A DNA stretch of 64,000 bases from Octopus vulgaris (Eukaryota), in NCBI GenBank assembly GCA_951406725.2, contig OX597819.1, positions 97,650,001 to 97,714,000 of the forward strand, given 5' to 3'. The notes beneath the pieces were generated by a model. It did no database searches, was not told the DNA's origin, and saw only the letters and a program-made list of their open reading frames with translations. The translations under genes and the position numbers were made by a program. Positions within the stretch are counted from its first letter, which is position 1. Every line of letters begins with the position of its first letter. Positions 54,703-64,000 of this stretch are shown in pieces.

Positions 54703-55228
54703 CGAGCGAGAGTGCAGCGCATGCCATCGAAGTGACATTGGGGTACAAATATACGAAGCCTCATATACCTATCACGTGACTACCCGTCTGATAAGTGTAC
54801 ACCAGGCACATGCATCACAACCATATGTGCACGACATGGTGATCTCATATCAAGATAAATAGCGCTTGACCTTACAGGTGCAGCCCAGTTAGAATTTTCT
54901 TCATGTGGAGTAGTCCATCCGCTCAAAATGTCCCTAATTAATGGTTCTTTAAGGATGTTTCCAGAGGTGAATTATTCAAAAACCCCAAAGATTTCCTCTC
55001 AACACATGGCTTTGATGCTTCCCCGCTACTTCTGCTCGTGATCAGAGATGCGCATATCGTCAGCCACTACAGGCTAATCTCAACTGGTTAAGGTCAAACA
55101 ACTGAACAGCAAATCTATGGTACTGAGCAGAATATTTGCCCATCTTTTATACTAAGACAAAACATGTACACTTCCAATAAGTTAATATCAGAAACCATGA
55201 GAGCCAGTGCATGATTATTGCTCAGCAG
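54703..55228 (-). mobile_element. (TAA)n-type non-autonomous element
   Basis: Colinear with 18002-18529; 3' end runs into (AAC)n/(AAT)n. Confidence 0.85.
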
Positions 55229-55686
55229 CATTTCGTCCGTCTTCACGTTCTAACTTCAAATTCCGCCGAGGTCGACTTTGCCTTTCATCCTTTCGGAGTC
55301 AATGAAAGAAGTACCAGTTGCGTGCTGAGGTCGATATAGTCAAGCAGCCTCTCCCCCACCAAATTTCAGATCTTGTGCCTATAACAGAAAGAATTGTCAT
55401 AATTATTGTTATGTCTTGTTGTCATTCTTCTTGTTGCTGCTGTTATCATTATTATTATTATTATTATCACTGGAAGACGGTGAGCTGGCAGAATCGTTTA
55501 CACGCCGGGTAAAATACTTAGCAATATTTTGTCTGTCTTTACTTTCTGAGTTCAAATGCTGCCGGAGTCGACTTTGCCTTTCACCCTTTCAGGGTTGATA
55601 ACTTAAGTACCAGTGAAACACTGGAGTCGATGAAATTGACTTACCCAGTTCCCCAAATTTCAAGCGTTGTGCCTATAGTAGAAAGG

Positions 55687-55690
<4 letters not shown>
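55225..55690 (+). mobile_element. Two tandem SINE family A copies with (ATT)n tails
   Basis: 55225-55395 and 55477-55690. Confidence 0.85.
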
Positions 55691-55733
<43 letters not shown>

Positions 55734-56184
55734 CACAAGAGGGAAAAAGAGAGTTGAGGAGTGGAGGAGGAGAAAAGTAGGGAAAGTATAGAGAAAGAAA
55801 AAGAGGCGATCTGACTTGAGAAATGAACAAAAAGAAACGACGATAAGAAATGCTAAACAATTCTCAAACTCAAAATGTATTTAAGTGTAAAGCAAACATA
55901 TTGACATTGGAGCTTTGTTAGCAGTATTGTATAACAGATATTTCTACCGACTGTGTATGGAAGTATATCTATGCAATGTTTATATATATGTATGTAATGT
56001 TCATTTACTCATACATATACATACACATACACACATATACACGTACATATATATGTATATGAATACGTATGTATGAATGTATATATATGTGAGTGTGTGT
56101 GTATGTATATAAATGTGTATATATATATATTTGTATGTATATGTATATATATGCATATATGTCTACATGCTTGTATATGTATAA

Positions 56185-56265
<81 letters not shown>

Positions 56266-57049
56266 CATATTATATATTTATTTATATAAATATTATATAT
56301 GTGCTCGTGTGCAGGTGTGCGCACGCGTGTGCGTATGTTTCTGTGTCCTGCAAAATGGGCACCCGAGTAGCAGCCGACTTGGTTCGTATCCAATTTCACC
56401 AATAAATAAATAGATAAGTAAATTATTGTATTCATTAACAAATGTATTCTTCAAAACGCCATATTTATACTCTTTGTTACAGAGATTAAAAAAAAATCAA
56501 GGTCTAAAAACTATTACCCCTGGCACAACAGATGTAAATAATTCTCAGTTAAGTGCTTCATACGATATTGCTGTTTTAAGTTTTCCACCCTGATTTAAAT
56601 ATTGTCCCATATTATGACAGAAATAAGTTGGTAGATCTGTGCTTTCGCATCTGTAAAGATGATATCAAAAATAGCACTAACCAATATAGCTCAAGAATAA
56701 AGTCACTACTCAACACTACTCAAGTTTTAGATATAGATGTAGTAATAAGGAACAAAACATGCAGCTACTCAGTATACACACAAAACTAAAAGATGTCTAT
56801 ACGTGTACGGTGATAGTAGAGTCCTGGTAGAAACAAATTATTTGTATTCAAATCCCTCCTAAGATGAGTTTTTACATTTGCGTCCAATTAAGAAGCTTTA
56901 AATTAGTAAATCTTACATACAAAACAATCATTAGTTGATAACGAATACTATAATAAATTATCCACGCCATGCAAAACATATAAAACCGAATTCATCTAGC
57001 TCCATACAAATAGATGGAACGCCAAGTAAAAATATACAAATCATGCGTT

Positions 57050-57973
57050 CTTCTTCTTGTCTCGAGACGGCATTCACCCAGGGTGGGTTGAGCTGGCTTC
57101 ATTCATCCTCAATGCTGCATCTCTCACAAACGCCAACCAGGCCTGGCGATTTGAGGCTAACGACCGCGTGATCTCCAACCACTCCCTATTCCAGTGGCGA
57201 ACGCCGTAGACATGGGGGCCTAGATCAGCCTTGATTTGTCGGAGGGAGGTGATTTTGCACTGGTATCGCACCGAATTGTTGGAGACAAAGTGATGCCATC
57301 GGACACGATAGATGCGGCGTAGACAGAGGTGATCGAAGGACCCTAGTCGCTTAATATCTTCCACCCTCATCGACCATGACTCGCTGCCATAAAGGAGAAT
57401 CGTTCGCATGAGTGCTTGGTAGATCCGTACTTTGGTGGTGCATCGGATCTCAGATCTTGACCAGAGTCGTGAATTGAGTCGGTTGAAGGCTTGGCGAGCG
57501 AGGTTGATTCGTGTTTTAATGTCAGCCTCACCTTGACCTGTGGCTGTAATGATGGCGCCAAGGTATTTGAAACTCACAACCTCTTCAAGAATATCACCAT
57601 TGAGGACAATAGTTGTTTTGTCTGGTGGGGCGAAGCCGGCTGTGACGATTTTGATCTTCGAGGCACTGACTTTCATACCAATCTGCGATGCAACGCTCTG
57701 GAGCTCATTGATAACAAACTTGACGTCAGCAAATGTTTCGCCAAGTATCGCAATGTCATCTGCGTAGTCTAGATCCTTGACGGAAAAGTTGTGACCAACA
57801 GTGACATCGGGGAACTCCCTTAATGCATTTTTGGTGATTCAGTCGATGGCGTAATTGAAAAGAGTCGGCGAAAGAACACATCCTTCCCGAACGCCAGATC
57901 GTATTTCGAAGGGTTCCGACACTTCACCGTACACGCATACGCGGGTTCTTGTTGAGCAGTAATAAACTTTGAT
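57050..57973 (-). mobile_element. 5'-truncated RTE LINE with 11-bp TSD and (AAG)n tail
   Basis: SGVREGCVLSPTLFNYAID, DLDYADDIAIL, FKYLG, LLYGSESW; TSD AATCATGCGTT at 57039-57049 and 57974-57984. Confidence 0.93.
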
Positions 57974-59146
57974 AATCATGCGTTATCATATATCAAAATA
58001 ACCCAATCCTCCCTGCTTGCAAAGTGGGTCAATTTTTCCTTTACATATTCACAAAACCGAAAAAAAATGCAATAACCTAACCACAGACAGTAGTTAACAT
58101 ATATTACAATAACACCACAATAAAAAATAACTCAACATCTCGAAACTACAAACTAATAAACCGTAGAGCGTACATCAGACAACCAATGTAATATATAAAT
58201 TCCAATGTAATCATGTAACCATGAAAATTGTAAAGTTCATAACTGAAACGTTTACATTAAGTACACAAATACGACACTTCATCGTCAATTGACTATGCAT
58301 TTACAACTCATTATAAAATGCAGTTCATTATATAAAACAATGTATACTAAGCAGCTCAGAATAGATATTTTAATAAAACAGTTTAAAGTTTACTCGAACT
58401 TACTTAAATATGTAAGCAATACACGAAATAAAATATCATAAGAAAATACTAGCTGACAGCGTAGCAATTTCATATATATAATTTCATAAAAATCAGACGA
58501 AAACTATAGAAATTTTATTAATAATAGTGAAATAGAAACGAAAATAGACACAAATAAAATAAACCATGAATACTTGGTCTTCAGCAGTCTATAATTTTAA
58601 AATCTGGTATTGATTATTATATCAATTATTAGATTGATTATTGAATCAATTATATCAATATTCCCACGATCATTTGCAAAGTGCTTGAACAACATGTCCG
58701 TTTCATCACTTCGTTCAGATAAAGAGGTCGAGAAAGTCTTGAAACGTTAATGGACTAGTAAATGTAAGAACGTTATTGTCCCAATCTAAAAGGACTAACA
58801 AGGAAATATGGAAAATCATTGACGAAATAAATGTAACTCGAACGCAGTCGTGTTTTAAATATAACATGTTTGAAAGAAAAGCTGTTCCCTATTTACACAC
58901 AGGTACACATATATACTAGAGAGTATATATGTGGGGAGAAAGGGTAGGTGAGAGAGAGAGAGAGTGACAGACAGATGTATTTTCTTTCAAAAACAGTCAA
59001 CTCTATTATGAGTTTATCTGCGTATAGTGAAATTATTTGAGAAGTTATTAAAGTCAACAGTCGACATTTACCCGCAGCAAATACAAGTGTCTCCACTCTT
59101 TTCATTGCTATTCAATTCCTTCAATATAACCTATCAATTATATCCG

Positions 59147-59620
59147 CCCCAGATTTTGAACTCTGGCTCGTCTTTGTACACGCCTTATGCAGCATACAAC
59201 ATAATTTTGATCTGATATGGGAACCTCTATGTGGTCGAAATGCAAGCTAGAAATAGCAACTAAATTTCCATCAAATTGCATCCAGCCATTTTCTTTAAGT
59301 ACACCTTGGCTAATGTAGTCTCAAATTCTTCATGTCTGGCCTGAATAAACGACGGGATGGTTACGGTTGGTGTACCTTCAACCCAGATTTTGAACTCTGG
59401 CTACTCTTTCAACACAGCTCATGAGACATAAAACACAATTTTGATCTAGTATGGGAGCTTCTACGCGGTCGAAATATATGGTGGAAATTGCAACCAAGTC
59501 TCTATTAAAATTGCATCCAACCGTTTTTTTTTTTTTTTAGATAATATAGACTTTGATATTAAATGTTTGGTCTGAATAAATAGTGGGATGGTCACCGCTT
59601 ATATGCCTTTGACCCTAGGC
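59147..59620. repeat. Diverged ~235-bp tandem duplication containing repeat family E
   Basis: CCCAGATTTTGAACTCTGGCT at ~59148 and ~59382 with colinear downstream sequence. Confidence 0.85.
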
Positions 59621-59794
59621 ATAATTATTCACCGTTGGTAAGAGGTTAACAACTATATAATTTTCACTTTTAATTAATATAGTTTAACATGTATATATAT
59701 GTGTATATACACAGATACACACACACACATATATTTGTATGTATGTATGAATGTATATATGTATGTGTGTGTATGTGTGTGTGTATGTGCGTGT

Positions 59795-60869
59795 GTATAT
59801 AGGAGAAATGAAAATTAACTTGGAGAAATAACTCAAACGGTTAAAGGTATTTTATAATTCTGCTTGTCATTGCGTTACTTAGCCCGTCGGTAACGCTTTC
59901 ACGTGATTAGAGAAAAGGTGGGAGAAAGAAAAGAAGGAGAGAAAAAGAGAGAGGAAGAAAAGGGAGAGAGAAGCGTTCATGATGTGAGTTAGGAGGAATG
60001 TTATTTTAAGGCTCTCATTTGATTAGTTGAAGGGAAATATAATAGAAAAAAAGGAGAGAGAAAAAGAGGATAAGGCGAAGAGTGACACAGAAAGAGGGAA
60101 AAAGAAAAAGAGTGACACAGAAAGAGGGAGAATGAAAAAGAGTGAGAGAGAAGCGCCCATGATGTGAGGTAAGGGGAATGTAATATTTATTACATGATTA
60201 AAAAGGTTGGTTGACGGTAGAGGAGGAGAATTAAAAATATAATTTTAGCAGAGGGGTGGTGTTCTGATGGTGTGGTTAAAGAAAGGCAGAGAGAGAGAGA
60301 GAGAGGGATTGGGGAGAGAGAGGGGGAAAGAGAGAGGGGGAAAGAGAGAGGGGGAAAGAGAGAGGGGGAAAGAGAGAGGGAGGGAGGGAGATGATGATAG
60401 TGGTGGCGGTGGTGTTGGAGATGGAGGTGGTGGTGTATGCGATGGTGGTGGTGATTGCAAAGTGAAAAGTCTATTTTTTTAGATTGAATTTTTTTATATC
60501 ACCTATCACTTAACGCATACGCATAAGTGCAATTCCTTGAAACATTCACGCATATTTACGTGGCAGATATATGTATTTTAACAAAAGGTTGTATCATATG
60601 TATCATAGGAAAAATGGAAAAATAAGAGTGAATATTTATTTTATGAGTACTGTGTATTAAGTCTATAAAATTGTGCATAAATTATATAAAGTGTATTAAG
60701 TAATCATCGTATTCCAATTTCTTTCACTTTTCAATGAGTGGCAGATGAGCAACTATCTTTTGATACAGACACAACACAGGCCATGCTTTCATGTTGTTTG
60801 GATAAAGTTTTCAGAAATGATCCAATAAGTGTACCATTAATTCCATGAAATATTCACGAGTCCCGCTAG
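59795..60869 (+). mobile_element. Probable Helitron remnant (3' end clear, 5' end uncertain)
   Basis: Hairpin CATGAAATATTCACG then CCCGCTAG|T at 60869; internal purine-rich repeats. Confidence 0.5.
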
Positions 60870-61073
60870 TATTAAATAACATGTAAGATAAATTCTTAAT
60901 TTATTGATATACTAGAGAAGGTGGACCAATGTATTGGTAGTAATTAGTACAAACTCCAAATGAGAAGGGGAGATAATCTCAGGAATCGAGAATTTCTCCA
61001 AAATTAATATGACACTAAAGAAAAGACTGATTATTTAATCAGTAGAGGAGAATGTGTGTGAATTTATGCATAC

Positions 61074-61383
61074 ATGGCGTAGTACTTAGGATATTTGGCT
61101 TGCGATAGTAGGGTCGCGAGTTCGATTCCCGGCGGTGCGTTCTGTCCTTGAGCAAGACACTTTATTTCACAGGGCTCCAGTTCACTCAGCTGGCAAAAAT
61201 GAGTAGTACCTATATTTCAAGGTGCTAGTCTTGTCCCACTCAGTGTCACACTGAATCTCCTTGAGAAATGTGAAGGGGTACGCGTGTCCGCGGAGTGCTC
61301 AGCCACTTGCACGTTAATCTCACGAGCAAGATGTTCCGTTGATCCGCTCAACTGGAACCCGTGTCGTAAACGACGGAGTGCCA
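61074..61383 (+). mobile_element. SINE family D (family C head and CORE, different tail)
   Basis: TGGCGTAGT..GAGTTCGATTCCC..TGTCCTTGAGCAAGACACTTTATTTCAC..CTCCAGTTCACTCAGCTG, then GGAGTGCTCAGCCACTTGCACGTTAAT tail. Confidence 0.85.
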
Positions 61384-61449
61384 ATTACATACACACACAC
61401 AAATATGTATGCATGTATGTATGTATTTATGTATATATATACATACATT

Positions 61450-61480
<31 letters not shown>

Positions 61481-61499
61481 ACATATATATTTAATACAT

Positions 61500-61790
61500 T
61501 TCTCGCTGTATTGCATGTCCGTTTCTTTTTTGCATCTGTTCTATTTAAATGAATATACTTCCTTCGTTTTGCTGCTTTTCTTTCTACAAAATGAGAAGAT
61601 ATATTGCGGAACTGTTATTTTAACGAGTTGTATCTATTTATTCCCCGATGAGACACAGCTGCACTGCTGGATGTCCCTCAAGCAGCTGTTGAGAGTTCCA
61701 CCCATGAGGGATCGATGCTAGATGTGTCAAAGCAATTGTCGTGATTACTAATAAATCCTCATATGTTCCATCTTCCGTCTTTCATTTACC
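61500..61790 (+). mobile_element. Penelope-like pLTR with degenerate long-stem-II hammerhead (61642-61744)
   Basis: TCC-CCGATGA-GACACA...TGTGTC-AAAG-CAATT-GTC-GTGA, then AATAAA and (TA)n. Confidence 0.55.
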
Positions 61791-61873
<83 letters not shown>

Positions 61874-61928
61874 CATACATACATATATATAATAATATAT
61901 ATACTTATGTATATATATATATGCATGT

Positions 61929-62330
61929 ATGGGTACGTCATAGAACGTAAACAACATGAAATACGAAAACATGGAATACGAACATTTTTTGCGAACAACG
62001 AAAGAAACAAATGGAAAACAAGACAAGCAACATAAAGAACGACCCTTCATCAGTTGTCGGCTGTTTTTCTACTCCGTATTTCGAGCAATTCACAACAAGA
62101 TACGTCTTCGACAAAAGAGTTGCTCCCGCAAAGCAAATTAAATAAAATTTGGGATTTTGCGGAGGGTCAAAGTTGGTAACAAAAACAGGTCAGTGAAACA
62201 AGCAGAAAAGGTTGCTAAGCCTTAACGAGGTCAGGTGGCGAACGCTGGAGGAACAGGCCTTGACAGGAGACAGACAAGAATGCGTCTGATCTCTGACGCT
62301 GATCGGAAGGAAAGAAACTCAAGTTAGGAA
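61929..62330 (-). mobile_element. Penelope-like pLTR/3' region
   Basis: Similar to 1577-1745; minus strand GCTCGAAATACGGAGTA...AACTGATGAAGGG. Confidence 0.5.
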
Positions 62331-62625
62331 AAGAAAGATAGCCGATGGTCACGTGCGAGCAACGAGAGAGCAAAAGAGAAAGAGTGAAGGAGAGAGAGAG
62401 GGACAGACAGAGAACGGCGAAGGGAAGAGGAAAAGAATTAGAGAAAGGATGAGAGAGAAAAAAAGCGAAAAGAATTAGAGAAAGGAAGAGAAAGGAAACG
62501 AGAGGGGAAAGAGAAAGAGAAATAGGAAAAGAGAATAAAAGAAATAGGAAAAGAGAATAAAATAGAATAAAAGTCGCATCGAAATTATTAAGATAAAACT
62601 TAACTTGGAAATGTAAATTTTGTAA

Positions 62626-62700
<75 letters not shown>

Positions 62701-62784
62701 TATATACATATGTACATACAGATACATACAGATGCATATATACATACATATGTACATACAGCTATATGTATATACATATGCATA

Positions 62785-64000
62785 TCTGGGTTCAGGAATA
62801 TTTAGAGTCTAATGAAATTGAACACCATTCAAGTTTCGCACCAACATGAAGCAATAGATAAAACGCAATTCCTCACCGCCAAAAGGTAAATATCTAGGGC
62901 TGTGGCGGGATTTGGGAGCAGTTTTTTTTTATTACTGCTACTGAAGCCGACATAAATTGTGTGTATTTGGTTTCAGCGTAATGTGGCGGTTATGTTTAGT
63001 TGTCTTAATCTGTGTTGTGATTTGGAGATGAGCAGATTGTAGATAGTGATGACAAAGATCAGCCTTTCTAGAATATTCGAATGTGTTTATTGGTGGATGA
63101 TGGGTGAGTATGAAGTTATTTCACGGATATTACTTAGAACCATAATGGGAAAACTGCACTTTGCGGGACTTTCTGAATGGCACACCATTACTTCGAATGT
63201 TTTTTAATAGAGTGGCTCGTTTGATGATAATCCATATCTCATGCGATCCGTTTCTCGAAAAAGGTTGCCCATGCCGGACCCATGGCTATAATTTTGACTG
63301 TGTCATATGAATTATTGCCTATGTTGGTGAGTAGGGGGATTCTTTCACGCTATAGATGTTTTAGGTGTATATTTTGGATTTCATTTGGTCTCGAATTTTT
63401 GGATTTCTGTATTGTATTTACTGTCTTTAATGGAACGAAGGGATCAAAATTGTGGTCTAGGTAGAATGTATACATCTTTTGTTTTGTGTTCCTATCTTCA
63501 TTGTGTGTTTTTTTTGTGGTTAATTTTTGAGAAATATTTAATAAGGGCGTTAACTCGCTGTTATAGTGTGGTTGTATCATTTGAAGTTGTTATTAGTACG
63601 ACGGGTGTGGTATAATTGTTGTCGGTGCTGCTAATTACTCAGAGTTTTACTTTTAGCTTTGTTATTTATGTTAGGTATAAATGTTGGTTAATTTTCTCCT
63701 TTTTTCCTATTGTTATTTTGTTTATTTCCATCTTTAGTTTTTTGATACGAGGTTTCATTTCTGTTAATGTGATTTTAGTGAACTGTGTTTGAAGATGTCC
63801 CTTGTTTTAAGGAGTTTAGCAATTTCTGGAGTGCAATTGAGGTTGTAAATTTTGTTGTTGTCTGATAGAAAATATATTCTGTAGATATATTCTGTGGTGT
63901 TGAATTCTGTAAACCTTGATTCTGTTTCTCAGTGTGACTCAGTTTGTGAATGTGTTTTCAATTTTCTGCATTGATGTGAACGTGGTTATAATTACAATTG
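62785..64000 (-). mobile_element. Possible very degenerate Penelope-like element running off the window
   Basis: GGGTTCAGGA terminus like those at 1579 and 61931; A/C-rich decayed coding-like minus strand; no firm motif. Confidence 0.3.

Noticed and set aside
57074-57676. 200-aa ORF as a host gene
   Set aside because: RTE RT C-terminal fragment bounded by TSDs, with an upstream stop and an internal deletion
60245-60482. Pro/Ser-rich or Gly-rich ORFs
   Set aside because: They derive from (GA)n/(GGT)n low-complexity sequence

Overview
AT-rich, microsatellite-saturated animal non-coding DNA. The SINE repertoire points to an octopod cephalopod, probably Octopus (inference from recognised repeat families, not a database result). 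No intact host protein-coding gene is visible, and most listed ORFs are translations of microsatellites, SINEs or other non-coding sequence; the recognisable protein fragments are all transposon-derived. The window is a dense mobile-element graveyard. It holds at least five tRNA-derived SINE families and several R4/Dong-type (RT + restriction-like endonuclease) retrotransposon remnants that sit in (TAA)n or (CATA)n microsatellites. A ~550-bp non-coding element shares the (TAA)n target. There are also RTE, HERO-like and Tx1/L1-like LINE remnants, and Penelope-like pLTR pieces with hammerhead ribozyme motifs, some inside fold-back repeats and with very long stem II. DNA elements include a full-length DD36E (Incomer-type) Tc1/mariner, a solo Helitron and a head-to-tail Helitron array. 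A few minus-strand splice signals hint that part of the window is intronic. Coordinates of degenerate copies were read by eye and are approximate.
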